Shown here piece by piece: positions 24,868 to 33,888 of a stretch of DNA of 64,000 bases. Made by a program: the position numbers and the translations under genes. This DNA is from a virus, in the UHGV virus genome UHGV-0176771; one strand, written 5' to 3'. The number at the start of each line of letters is the position of its first letter. Positions within the stretch are counted from its first letter, which is position 1. The notes beneath the pieces were generated by a model. That model searched no databases, was not told the DNA's origin, and worked only from the letters and a program-made list of their open reading frames with translations.

Positions 24868-26331
24868 ATGGCAAAGAAAATTAGAAAAAAGACATTATCG
24901 CTAGATTCCTATTTAGAGAAGATTGTGGAAGAAGATATTAGTGATAATCAGGACGTTCAAAGACTGTTTTGTTGGGAAAATGGAATGGTGAATGAGTTAA
25001 TCAAAACTGTATTAACTGATGATTATATTCCACCAATTATCTTAGGAGAAGAAGATTTGGACGAAGACGTTGTGCAGCAATACATTGTTGATGGAATGCA
25101 AAGAAGTTCTGCGTTGGTTAAATTTAAGCATGAAAACTATAAAATTACAGCTACTTTAGAAGATCCGATTATCCAATATCAGAGAAAAAAGAAAGATGAA
25201 AATAATAAAATCTGTAAAGATGAATACGGAAAAGTTATTTGGGAATCTGTTGAATATGATTTGAGAAGAAAAACATATGAAATGTTACCGCCAGAATTGA
25301 AAAAAATGTTTGATGATTATCAGATTGACATTACAATACATCAGCATTGTACGATGTCACAGATTAGTAAATTGGTGAGAAGATACAACAATCATTTGGG
25401 AATGAATACATCTCAGAAAGCATTTACTTATATTGATTTACATGCAAGAAAAATAAGGACAATATCTGAGAAAAATAAATTCTTTAAAAATTGTATGTCT
25501 TGTTCCGGTAAGCAGCAATCGAAAGGTATTAGAGAAAGACTTGTATGTGAATCTGTCATGACAACGTTTTTCTTTGATAACTGGAAAAGTGCAATAAAGA
25601 ACATGAGCAAATATCTAAATGAGAACGCAACGGAAGAACACTTTGATACTGTAAATGAATATTTTAGCAGGATTGAATCTGTGTGCAAAGATAATTTCAC
25701 AGAAGTGTTTGTGCCAAAAAATGTTATTGTTTGGATCCCTGTGTTTAAAGAGTTTGCTAAATTTGGATTAGATGATATTAAGTTTAAGGATTTTGTAGAA
25801 GAATTTGAAAAGTCTTTATATAAAAAAGATGTAAATGGAGTAACATTTGACAAATTAAATGAGGATCGACATACAAAAGGCAAGGCTATTTTAAAAGAGA
25901 AAATTAACATCTTAACTGCTCTCATGAAAGAGTATTTACATATTAAAGAAGATGAAGAAAGTCTTGTCAAAGTGGGAGAGAATAATGTAATAGATAATGC
26001 TTCTTCAGACCAGAACGCTCTTGAATTTATCAAAGAAAATGTTAAAGAAGATGTGATTGATGAAGACATCGAATTATATAAAATTCAGTTAGATGACTGG
26101 ACAGTAGAGGTTGATAACTCATCGAAACTTCTTGAACCTGAAAACATGAATTCTTTACTTGCTGTTGTTGCGTACAGCTTTGAAACAAACATAGATTTAG
26201 AAATTCCGGAGTGGATGGTAAGTTTCTTTAACAGAAATTCTACATATATTAAAGATCAAAAAGAAAATTATACATACATGGTAAATGATATTGGTGAATT
26301 TTTAAGGAACAAGTATGAACTTGTAGGATAA
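24868..26331 (+). CDS. DUF262 (ParB/Srx-fold; GmrSD N-terminal-type) domain protein (487 aa)
   Basis: QQYIVDGMQRSSALVKF matches the DUF262 DGQQR motif. RBS ATTGGAGGAATATAATC then ATG 24868. ORF-track start 24838 overlaps the sigma-like gene. Confidence 0.6.
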   Translation: MAKKIRKKTLSLDSYLEKIVEEDISDNQDVQRLFCWENGMVNELIKTVLTDDYIPPIILGEEDLDEDVVQQYIVDGMQRSSALVKFKHENYKITATLEDPIIQYQRKKKDENNKICKDEYGKVIWESVEYDLRRKTYEMLPPELKKMFDDYQIDITIHQHCTMSQISKLVRRYNNHLGMNTSQKAFTYIDLHARKIRTISEKNKFFKNCMSCSGKQQSKGIRERLVCESVMTTFFFDNWKSAIKNMSKYLNENATEEHFDTVNEYFSRIESVCKDNFTEVFVPKNVIVWIPVFKEFAKFGLDDIKFKDFVEEFEKSLYKKDVNGVTFDKLNEDRHTKGKAILKEKINILTALMKEYLHIKEDEESLVKVGENNVIDNASSDQNALEFIKENVKEDVIDEDIELYKIQLDDWTVEVDNSSKLLEPENMNSLLAVVAYSFETNIDLEIPEWMVSFFNRNSTYIKDQKENYTYMVNDIGEFLRNKYELVG

Positions 26332-26346
26332 GGTGGTGAATTACAT

Positions 26347-26511
26347 ATGGAGAAAACTTTTTGGAACATAATGTCAATTGGTGGGTTGATTACATCCTGT
26401 TTAGCCGGTGCCAGATTATATGAACTTGGAGAAGAGGCATTTTTCTACGGGTTTGTACTAGGAGTTGGAGCATTGATGTTTGTAGCAAAATATATAAAAG
26501 AGGAAGAATGA
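26347..26511 (+). CDS. small membrane protein (54 aa)
   Basis: MEKTFWNIMSIGGLITSCLAGARLYELGEEAFFYGFVLGVGALMFVAKYIKEEE, two TM segments. RBS GGTGGTGAATTACAT then ATG. Confidence 0.3.
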   Translation: MEKTFWNIMSIGGLITSCLAGARLYELGEEAFFYGFVLGVGALMFVAKYIKEEE

Positions 26512-26776
26512 GGTAAAAAAGATGAGATTTAACTGGGAAGAATTTAAGGATGCAGATAATAAGATTGCGGTGCATTGCAAGACCGAGGAAGAAGCGAAAG
26601 ATTTTTGCAAGCAGATGAATGAGAAAGGGATGAAGTAGAGAGCTGGAGATAGTTATTTAGAGTATACAGAATATGGAAAATATCTCAGTAAAACATGCTA
26701 TACAGGAACCGGAGGGTTTGGATATTACGAATATTACGAAAGTGAAGGATATAAAATCTTAGAATGGAGCGACTAC

Positions 26777-27118
26777 ATGAGCAAAGAATTTACCAAAGCA
26801 GATTTAAAAAGTGGGATGGTAGTGGAATATAGAAATGAGTCATTGGGTAGAAGAGTTGTTATTGAAGACCTTTTGATTGGTGCAGATACTTATACAGATC
26901 TTAAAAATTACAATCATGATCTCACTAACAGAGCAAGAATAGCTGATCTTGATATTGTGAATGTGTACAAAATCAAACAAGGATATCCGTTTAGAAGTAT
27001 CATGTATGATGACAATCTCGAACTTATCTGGGAGCGCAAAGAATCAAAGAAAATGACAGTGGAAGAAATGCAACAGAAGCTTCAAGAGCTGACAGGAGAA
27101 GAAATTGAAATTGTCTAA
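26777..27118 (+). CDS. hypothetical protein (113 aa)
   Basis: ORF track. RBS AATGGAGCGACTAC then ATG. Confidence 0.5.
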   Translation: MSKEFTKADLKSGMVVEYRNESLGRRVVIEDLLIGADTYTDLKNYNHDLTNRARIADLDIVNVYKIKQGYPFRSIMYDDNLELIWERKESKKMTVEEMQQKLQELTGEEIEIV

Positions 27119-27141
27119 ATAAGGGAAAGGAGAAATAAATT

Positions 27142-27906
27142 ATGTGTGAATTTAAAAGTGGGATTATTTTTAAGAATAGGGTGGAACTTGCACCATTAGG
27201 GAATGAAAGTCATTCAAGTTTACTTGAAAACTTGGGTGTAGAAGATAATGAATTTAATGCTTCTAAGAAATTTGTGAGAGCAGAATTAATTCCGCCAGAG
27301 AGATATGTTATCACTTCTGACATTTCAAAGTGGACTTATAAAGTCGATCAGGATATTGTGCCAGAATGGTATAGTAACGATCCAGAGAGATATGAAGAAG
27401 AATTTAGAGAATCCGTTAAAGATTTTATGAACAAGCACTTTAAAGAGGAATTTGGATACTATTGGACAAACATTCAAATGGATGGAAAGATATATCATTT
27501 TATGTATGGAGTTCTTACGAATATGACTTTCGGCAGCAACAATAATTATGGAGAGTCTTTAGTAAGAAAATATCTTAAAGAGTGTAAACTTGCAAAAGAT
27601 ATTAAAGAAAAATATGGAAATAGTATTGTTCCATTTGAAAATAACTTGCTTAGTATGTATGGATTTAATGATTATGGCGTTGTAAAAGACGATGTATTAT
27701 CTATTCCGACATTTGATTTATTTAGAAAATGTGGTGAAAAACTTCCATTAATCAATTATGCATACTGGCTGTCAACTCCAAACCAGACACCGTCAAGAAA
27801 AGATTCTTCCTATGTTCAGGTTGTCTACGGTTGTGGGGACGTGCATTACAACGATTGCTACTGGAACGTTCTTGGAGTTCGTCCGTTTTTTATCACCGAA
27901 TCTTAA
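27142..27906 (+). CDS. DGR target (variable) protein 1 (254 aa) with a C-terminal C-type-lectin-like variable region
   Basis: C-terminus ...SSYVQVVYGCGDVHYNDCYWNVLGVRPFFITES is encoded by VR1. RBS AAGGGAAAGGAGAAATAAATT then ATG. Confidence 0.8.
   Translation: MCEFKSGIIFKNRVELAPLGNESHSSLLENLGVEDNEFNASKKFVRAELIPPERYVITSDISKWTYKVDQDIVPEWYSNDPERYEEEFRESVKDFMNKHFKEEFGYYWTNIQMDGKIYHFMYGVLTNMTFGSNNNYGESLVRKYLKECKLAKDIKEKYGNSIVPFENNLLSMYGFNDYGVVKDDVLSIPTFDLFRKCGEKLPLINYAYWLSTPNQTPSRKDSSYVQVVYGCGDVHYNDCYWNVLGVRPFFITES
27806..27888 (+). repeat. DGR variable repeat 1 (VR1)
   Basis: Aligns with the TR at 28396-28478. All 11 differences are at TR adenines (A to G/T/C). 3' end GGAGTTCGTCCGTTTT versus TR GGAGTTCGTCCGTTCT (IMH versus IMH*-like). 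Confidence 0.8.
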
Positions 27907-28045
27907 ATCTGTTTATCTTGTCGATAACGTTTTGTGGAGACGAAGACAGAACAATGCGCAAGCGTTGTTCGTAAGTCTCCGAAGAACCAAACTCAGCAAG
28001 ATTGGAGTGATTTATGTGGAAGTTATTACAAAAGCTATCGACTTA

Positions 28046-28369
28046 ATGCAATATACATATTCTGTAACAGCGAATAAAAAGAGATATCCAGCAAAATATA
28101 AAATGCTTATAGAAAGAATTCAGAATGAATGTATGAATATATATGATTTTCTGATGAGTGCAAATAGAATACAAATAAATGCAGAAAAACAGAAAAGATT
28201 AGATTTACAAACTAGATCTATTTCCTCATGTGATAAATTGTCCTGCTATGTTGAATTATCAATGAATCTTAGCCTTATAGGATCAGATACAGTTGAATAT
28301 TGGCAGAAAAAGATATGCGATGTTAAGTACATGACAATAGCATGGAGAAGCAAAGATAAAACAAGATAA
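28046..28369 (+). CDS. Avd-like accessory variability determinant candidate (108 aa; alternative GTG start 28007)
   Basis: Small basic helical ORF between VR and TR (MQYTYSVTANKKRYPAKYKMLIERIQNECMNIYDFLMSANRIQ...YMTIAWRSKDKTR). Position and size fit an Avd four-helix bundle. ORF-track 27758 start is an N-terminal extension through the VR. Confidence 0.5.
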   Translation: MQYTYSVTANKKRYPAKYKMLIERIQNECMNIYDFLMSANRIQINAEKQKRLDLQTRSISSCDKLSCYVELSMNLSLIGSDTVEYWQKKICDVKYMTIAWRSKDKTR

Positions 28370-28393
28370 AATTTTTTTGGTTGTTTGCTATAC

Positions 28394-28480
28394 GACTTCC
28401 TATGTTCAGATTGTCAACAGTAATGGGAACATGAATTACAACGATTGCAACTGGAACGATCATGGAGTTCGTCCGTTCTG
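28394..28480 (+). repeat. DGR template repeat (TR)
   Basis: CTTCCTATGTTCAGATTGTCAACAGTAATGGGAACATGAATTACAACGATTGCAACTGGAACGATCATGGAGTTCGTCCGTTCTGG. Adenine-rich (AAC/AAT codons) where the VRs vary. Confidence 0.8.
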
Positions 28481-28552
28481 GATCGGAAGACGAAATAGAG
28501 TAAGAGAAACACTGAAATTAGAGTCCCGATATCAAAAGAGCAAACAACCTTT

Positions 28553-28572
28553 CCTGTCTAATCAAAGACAGG
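28553..28572 (+). other. Spacer hairpin between TR and RT (CCTGTCT-AATCAA-AGACAGG)
   Basis: Perfect 7-bp stem in the TR-RT spacer, where DGR RNAs carry structure needed for cDNA priming. Confidence 0.4.
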
Positions 28573-28596
28573 ATAAATACAAAGGTAAAATATATC

Positions 28597-29634
28597 ATGA
28601 TAAAAGATAACACAGATTTTGATAAGATTATTGATTTTGAAAATTTATATAAAGCATACAGAGATTCAAAAAGTGGCAAAGGTTTTACGAAAAGCAGAAT
28701 TAAATTTGAATTATCTGCTCTTGACGGAATTTATCAAATTAAGAAACTTTTAGAATCAAAGCAATATGAAGTAGATAGATATAATAGATTTAAAGTATAT
28801 GAACCGAAAGAGAGAATTATAGAAGCAGGAAGTTTTAAAGACAAAATTGTGCAGCACAGTTTATGTGATAATGTGCTTCTTCCTATTTTAAGTAATGAAT
28901 TTATATACACGAATTATGCCGGACAAATAGGAAAAGGAACATTGTTTGGTTTGGATTGTCTGAAATATCAAATTTATTTAGCATATCAGAAATACGGATA
29001 TGATTGTTGGATTATTAAAGGTGATATTAAAAAATTTTTCTATAATATTGATCATAATATTCTGAAAGATATTGTTCCATATTTTATATCTAATCCAGAT
29101 ACATACTGGTTATGTGAAAAATTTATTGATAGTACAAGTGAGAAAGGGTTGCCTCTTGGAAATCAAGTTAGTCAGGTATTTGCTTTATTATATTTGTCTG
29201 GTTTTGATCATTTTATAACTGGAGAGTTAGGTGTCAAATATTATGGAAGATATATGGATGATTTCTATTTAATTGTAGAATCAAAACAATATGCAAAATA
29301 TTGTTTGTGTGCAATAGAAGATTTTGTAAACACTCTAAATCTTGAATTGAACGGTAAAACTCAGATTATACCTTTTAAAAATGGAATTAAATTTTGTGGT
29401 TTTCATACACATGTCACAAAAGATGGAAAGGTAATTAGAAAACTTACAAATGAAAAGAAGAGAAAATCGAAAAAGAAATATCGAAAAATGGCAAAGATGG
29501 TAAAAGAGAATAAGTTATCAAAAGAAAAATTCATAGAATCTTATGAGTCTTGGAAGAATCATATTTCACATGGTAATTGTATCAAATTTACATATGAGAT
29601 GGATAAGATGATAGATGAGATATTATCAAGTTAA
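28597..29634 (+). CDS. DGR-type reverse transcriptase (345 aa)
   Basis: RT motifs RIIEAGSFKDKIVQHSL, GDIKKFFYNIDHN, YGRYMDDFYLI (YMDD) and the DGR-specific LGNQVSQ (SQ motif). Confidence 0.9.
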   Translation: MIKDNTDFDKIIDFENLYKAYRDSKSGKGFTKSRIKFELSALDGIYQIKKLLESKQYEVDRYNRFKVYEPKERIIEAGSFKDKIVQHSLCDNVLLPILSNEFIYTNYAGQIGKGTLFGLDCLKYQIYLAYQKYGYDCWIIKGDIKKFFYNIDHNILKDIVPYFISNPDTYWLCEKFIDSTSEKGLPLGNQVSQVFALLYLSGFDHFITGELGVKYYGRYMDDFYLIVESKQYAKYCLCAIEDFVNTLNLELNGKTQIIPFKNGIKFCGFHTHVTKDGKVIRKLTNEKKRKSKKKYRKMAKMVKENKLSKEKFIESYESWKNHISHGNCIKFTYEMDKMIDEILSS

Positions 29635-29732
29635 AATCTCGATTTCATTCGGAATTTGATACAATATATAGTTGTTTGTAACTTGTTTAAATACCATATA
29701 TAGCATATAAAAATTTGAAGGAGAATAGATGA

Positions 29733-30377
29733 ATGAGAAAAATTAAGAAAATTGTAACTATAGTAACAATGTGTTGCTTTATTACAGCTCTATCTGGATG
29801 TGCAATGTTGGAATCGGAATTTAACGATATCAAAGGTTCATTGATTGGAAATGGATATCGTATTGATACATATGATAATTATGGTTCAAAGGTACTAGAA
29901 ACATCAGGAGACAAAATCAATATTTCTGGGAACAAAGTGGAGACTACAAGTTACAGTAGTGATGGATCTACATCCACTAATTATGATTTATCATCTGTAA
30001 TTACAATTACAATTGACGGTAAAGAAATTGAAAGTTGCGGAGATACTTGTATTTTTGTACAGGATGGACTAAATAGCGAAGTTGATTTTACCGAAGAGAG
30101 AATTAAAAGTATGACAGATGGTTCATTTTCTGATAATACATTCGTTGCTGAGTTTGTAAATAAATACAAAAATATGTTTGGGAAGTCGCGGGTGGTCGTT
30201 ATTAAATCGCAGCTTGGACAACCTATTACAGCGTATTCCGGGGAAGAAGTATATTGGGAAATCCCGGATGATCTACCTAAAATGACAAAGCTAATGATTG
30301 ACGGAAAAGCATTGTATATACATAGAGCTAATTTTCAGATTATTGACAAAGCATTATTAGATCAAAAAGGAGAATAA
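29733..30377 (+). CDS. lipoprotein (214 aa)
   Basis: Signal peptide MRKIKKIVTIVTMCCFITALSGC with lipobox LSGC. RBS GAAGGAGAATAGATGA then ATG. Confidence 0.6.
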   Translation: MRKIKKIVTIVTMCCFITALSGCAMLESEFNDIKGSLIGNGYRIDTYDNYGSKVLETSGDKINISGNKVETTSYSSDGSTSTNYDLSSVITITIDGKEIESCGDTCIFVQDGLNSEVDFTEERIKSMTDGSFSDNTFVAEFVNKYKNMFGKSRVVVIKSQLGQPITAYSGEEVYWEIPDDLPKMTKLMIDGKALYIHRANFQIIDKALLDQKGE

Positions 30378-30381
30378 AACT

Positions 30382-30756
30382 ATGACAGTATGTGATTTAG
30401 TAGCAATTGTGAACTTACTAGAAGACCAGAACAAAAAAGATTATGGATTTGCATTATATAAGGAAGAATATGAATTACTTAGAACAGCAAATTTTAATAA
30501 TACACTTGTGGTTGTAAATGCAAGAAGTAAAGATAGGAGAGTATTAGGAAAAGTAAAAGTGGTTTTACCTGTGAGTGTATATGGCAAAAATCCTACAGCT
30601 CAGGTAGTTGGCGTTGTCAATATGAATGCATATATGAAGAGGAAAAAAGAAGAGGAAAAACGTATTAATAAAATCAATGAACTTAAATCGTTAATCAAAA
30701 AGAATGAAAGAGAACTTGCAGATCTTGTTATGGAATTGAGAATGTTAGAAGGCTAA
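30382..30756 (+). CDS. hypothetical protein (124 aa)
   Basis: ORF track. Starts 5 nt after the lipoprotein stop. C-terminal coiled coil. Confidence 0.5.
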   Translation: MTVCDLVAIVNLLEDQNKKDYGFALYKEEYELLRTANFNNTLVVVNARSKDRRVLGKVKVVLPVSVYGKNPTAQVVGVVNMNAYMKRKKEEEKRINKINELKSLIKKNERELADLVMELRMLEG

Positions 30757-30775
30757 AAGGAGAGAAATAAATAAT

Positions 30776-30958
30776 ATGAATTATCCATTTCAATGTCCAA
30801 AATGTGGACACAAAGAAATTATCACGATGTCGATGAAAGAGTATGCAGGAGAAGGACATATGTGTCCGGAATGTGGGGAAGAAATGAAACGAGAAATTGA
30901 CTCTATGGTTTGCAGGAGCATTGATAAAACTGGAGGTTTTTATAGAAGTTTCAATTAA
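30776..30958 (+). CDS. zinc-ribbon protein (60 aa)
   Basis: FQCPKCGHKE...HMCPECGEEM. RBS AAAGGAGAGAAATAAATAAT then ATG. Confidence 0.5.
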   Translation: MNYPFQCPKCGHKEIITMSMKEYAGEGHMCPECGEEMKREIDSMVCRSIDKTGGFYRSFN

Positions 30959-30966
30959 AAGATAGT

Positions 30967-31037
30967 TGTGGATTAGTGTAAATGGTAGCACGATGCGGCA
31001 TATAGCATTAGAAGAGGTTCGAATCCTTTATTCACAA
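30967..31037 (+). tRNA. tRNA-like gene (anticodon probably CAT, Met/Ile2-type) with an irregular anticodon arm
   Basis: Acceptor TGTGGAT/ATTCACA. D-arm GTGT-AAATGGTA-GCAC. T-arm AGAGG-TTCGAAT-CCTTT (GGTTCGAATCC). Anticodon stem GATGC/GCATT encloses an 8-nt loop GGCATATA instead of 7. No encoded CCA. Confidence 0.45.
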
Positions 31038-31283
31038 TTCATATGCGGAATAAATTTCTATACATGTTTCATACCTCCAATAAAATAAGATACATAAAGT
31101 TCTGCATATGATTTTCATCGGTGTTTATAATCAAATATCACCTGCAGTAAATCAAATATTTAGAAACTGTAAACGTTGATTCAACAAACTATTTCATTTG
31201 TCGCTATTTGAAAATGTTTGTGAACAGCATGTGATATAAGATCGTAAATACCGATGTGATTAATATTAAAAGAGGTAAATAAA

Positions 31284-31832
31284 ATGAGCAGTTGGACATA
31301 TGTACATGGAACAATTGTTGTTTCTCCTCCAGGTAGGACACAACATGAAAAGAGATATATTCTTGAAACCGTACTCGATCATCTTCCTGTCGTAACAGGG
31401 TCAGAAAGAGATATGGAAGTATATGTGATTCAAAAAAGAGGACATAATTGTTCAAGTTTTTCTGACGAATTTCTTGAGAGAACAAATAACTTAAGAGATA
31501 GATTTGGAGACAGAAGTCGAAAACGAGGATCGTTACAAACGCAAGACGAATATATTCTCGTAGTAGACGCTGCATTGCGTGATAGAGAATTTGAAGAAAC
31601 TTTTCAAGAATTCTTGAAGTGGATTTGCAGATTATCGAAAAGAATCATTGTAGATGATGTAAATGTGAAAATTAAAGGATTTGACAAGCAATATGTTATA
31701 GATGATCCTGATCCGTTTTACAACATGAGTGATTTCGATAAAGACAATTGGTGCGATTATTTGATGTGGAAATATGACAGAGATGAAGATGGAAATTTGT
31801 TAGGTGGAAAGCCAGCGAATAGAAATGTGTAA
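31284..31832 (+). CDS. hypothetical protein (182 aa)
   Basis: ORF track. RBS AAAGAGGTAAATAAA then ATG. Confidence 0.55.
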   Translation: MSSWTYVHGTIVVSPPGRTQHEKRYILETVLDHLPVVTGSERDMEVYVIQKRGHNCSSFSDEFLERTNNLRDRFGDRSRKRGSLQTQDEYILVVDAALRDREFEETFQEFLKWICRLSKRIIVDDVNVKIKGFDKQYVIDDPDPFYNMSDFDKDNWCDYLMWKYDRDEDGNLLGGKPANRNV

Positions 31833-31848
31833 TTTTATGGAGGTAATT

Positions 31849-32010
31849 ATGGCTAGTGAAGATATAACTTTTTGCATGTCAGATTGTGAGAACATGAAAT
31901 GTTTTAGGAATAAGAAACATATTAAACATCCTGAGTTCCCACATAGTTTCGCATTTTTAGAAAATACAAAGGATTGTATAAATAATAGAAAGGATTTTAA
32001 AAATGTGTAA
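31849..32010 (+). CDS. small Cys-rich protein (53 aa from ATG 31849)
   Basis: RBS TTATGGAGGTAATT then ATG 31849. FCMSDCENMKCF. Confidence 0.45.
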   Translation: MASEDITFCMSDCENMKCFRNKKHIKHPEFPHSFAFLENTKDCINNRKDFKNV

Positions 32011-32166
32011 TTACGACTATTTAAATGATTTATATGATCATTGTGATGAATGTAGAATTTATGGTGATGATTATTACGTAGATGAAAATGGAGAATGGAT
32101 TGATGCATGTGAAAATTGCTCTATGAATCCATCGAATTTTGATGATTAAAAAGTGAGGCATAGAAA

Positions 32167-32496
32167 GTGGACAAGAAAAAAGTTAGAGAAGCGATAGGAA
32201 GGCTTCAAGTTGGGATTAATGCGAAAAGAGAAAATATAAAACTCAACAAAAAATTTTATCCAAAACAAGACAATATTCAATTAGAAGAAGATATTACTGT
32301 TTATGAAACTGCAATCGAAGCACTGAAAAAGCAGTTGCCGAAGAAAGTGAAGATGCGAACAGAATACAGAGACTTAAACGATGAATTGATATGTTACAAA
32401 GGGTTTTGCCCTAGTTGCGGAAACGTTGTTGACTCTTACAGAAATAAAAGTTGCAATCATTGCACACAGATGCTTGATTGGTCGGAAGCGCATTAA
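32167..32496 (+). CDS. zinc-ribbon protein (109 aa, GTG start)
   Basis: ORF track. CYKGFCPSCGN...CNHCTQ. Confidence 0.5.
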   Translation: MDKKKVREAIGRLQVGINAKRENIKLNKKFYPKQDNIQLEEDITVYETAIEALKKQLPKKVKMRTEYRDLNDELICYKGFCPSCGNVVDSYRNKSCNHCTQMLDWSEAH

Positions 32497-32614
32497 AACG
32501 TGTTAGGAAGCGTTAGAACGTGTTAAAAGTGCGTTAGAGTCGAGTCAAAACAAATTGAGTTGGGTTTCCTGAGAACTCTCTTTAGAACTTGTATTGACTC
32601 AGGAAAGGAATGGA

Positions 32615-32794
32615 ATGTGCTGGAAGTATAAAAACAATCATGGAACAGTTTATATTTATTGCGATATTTTGAACGGAAAAAGGCATTCATCAAGTTATTT
32701 AACAGTGTTTAATGATTTAATAGATGGCTACGAAAGTAATTATAATTACTGCCCTTATTGTGGAAAGAAACTTGAAAACAAGGAGAGAATATAA
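32615..32794 (+). CDS. small zinc-ribbon protein (59 aa from ATG 32615)
   Basis: RBS AGGAAAGGAATGGA then ATG 32615. ...YNYCPYCGKKLENKERI. Stop abuts the next start (TAAATG). Confidence 0.45.
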   Translation: MCWKYKNNHGTVYIYCDILNGKRHSSSYLTVFNDLIDGYESNYNYCPYCGKKLENKERI

Positions 32795-32986
32795 ATGGAA
32801 GAACTAAAGAAATGCCCGTTTTGTGGCGGAGAAGCAAGCCTTATTAAAACAATTTGTTTGAATAATAATTACGAAGGATATTTTGTGCAACATGATTGTA
32901 AGATGACAATAGCACCTATTGAGACAAGTAATTTTACCACCGAGAAAATGGCAATCAGAGCATGGAATAGGAGAGTGGAAGAATGA
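32795..32986 (+). CDS. Lar-family restriction alleviation protein-like (63 aa)
   Basis: MEELKKCPFCGGEASL...CKMTIAP...EKMAIRAWNRRVEE follows the Lar pattern (CPFCGG near the N-terminus, AW-N-RR at the C-terminus). Confidence 0.55.
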   Translation: MEELKKCPFCGGEASLIKTICLNNNYEGYFVQHDCKMTIAPIETSNFTTEKMAIRAWNRRVEE

Positions 32987-33031
32987 AAGAACAAACATTT
33001 GAAAGCATCCTGTACATGATTAAAAGATCAT

Positions 33032-33343
33032 GTGACAAGAATTTTACACAAGGAACTGAAACCAGAAATTGTAAGGTGCGCCACAAACATTTACATAGAG
33101 CAGATGCGACAGAACGGAGGAAAGGAAGATGAGCAGAAGGCACTTGGAAATATGGGAGAATACGGTGGAAGAATGACAAATTCAGAAAAAATAAGGAATA
33201 TGACAGATGAAGAACTCGCGACGGTGCTCATATGTCCAGCGGGATTCGATTTGAATTATAATATTAATTATGAGTGTAAAGGTGAAGAAGAATCTGATTG
33301 TTTGGAATGTATAAAACAGTGGTTACAGTCAGAGGAGGTTTAA
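33032..33343 (+). CDS. hypothetical protein (103 aa, GTG start; start uncertain)
   Basis: ORF track. A 49-codon ORF (32983-33132, RBS GGAGAGTGGAAGA then ATG) overlaps its 5' part in another frame, so the true start may be an internal ATG. Confidence 0.4.
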   Translation: MTRILHKELKPEIVRCATNIYIEQMRQNGGKEDEQKALGNMGEYGGRMTNSEKIRNMTDEELATVLICPAGFDLNYNINYECKGEEESDCLECIKQWLQSEEV

Positions 33344-33345
33344 TT

Positions 33346-33888
33346 ATGAACAGACAAATCCTTTTTAAAGCAAAGAGAACAGATTGGGAAGAGCTTCCAA
33401 AAGATCAGTGGTGGGTGGAAGGTGATTTGTTGCACACGAGGTATGATGATATAGTTCTGATAAGCAATTTCGAAGACCAATTATTTAGATGTGACGGTAA
33501 TACAGTCTGCCAGTTCACAGGATTACATGACAATACAAAATGGGGAGATCTTACCGAAGCAGAAAAAGAATCATTTCTTTCCGATTGGAATTATAGAGAA
33601 GACAGAAAAAATAAAATTGAAGATTGGAGTGGTCGGAAGATTTGGGAGAATGATATTCTTAGATATAGCTATGACTATGATGGAAGTCCGTTTTTAAAAG
33701 ATGGCGAAGAGATAAAATATCGTGTAGGTGCTGTGTTTTGGAGCGAATGGAGGGGATCATGGGCAGTATGTGGACGAGGAAATAAAAAATATACTAATAA
33801 CGATGTTTTTAAATATAATCGGAATCCAAATAGAGCGGAAGTTATCGGAAACATTTCCGATAATCCAGAGCTGTTGGAGGTGGAATGA
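33346..33888 (+). CDS. hypothetical protein (180 aa from ATG 33346)
   Basis: RBS CAGAGGAGGTTTAATT then ATG 33346. ORF-track start 33298 overlaps the upstream gene. Confidence 0.55.
   Translation: MNRQILFKAKRTDWEELPKDQWWVEGDLLHTRYDDIVLISNFEDQLFRCDGNTVCQFTGLHDNTKWGDLTEAEKESFLSDWNYREDRKNKIEDWSGRKIWENDILRYSYDYDGSPFLKDGEEIKYRVGAVFWSEWRGSWAVCGRGNKKYTNNDVFKYNRNPNRAEVIGNISDNPELLEVE

Noticed and set aside
25428-26069. 213-aa minus-strand ORF
   Set aside because: Antisense to the DUF262 gene. Ser/Leu/Phe-rich composition of an AT-rich antisense frame.
27758-28045. N-terminal 96 codons of ORF 27758..28369
   Set aside because: They run through VR1 in another frame and have no RBS. The plausible gene is the 108-aa Avd-like part starting at ATG 28046.
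28377-28610. 77-aa ORF in the ORF track covering the template repeat
   Set aside because: Its protein (…YVQIVNSNGNMNYNDCNWNDHGVRPFW…) is only the TR read in the VR frame. DGR TRs are noncoding templates. No RBS, and it starts at a non-ATG codon.
31204-31575. 123-aa minus-strand ORF
   Set aside because: Antisense to gene 31284..31832 and extending into AT-rich intergenic DNA. No RBS.
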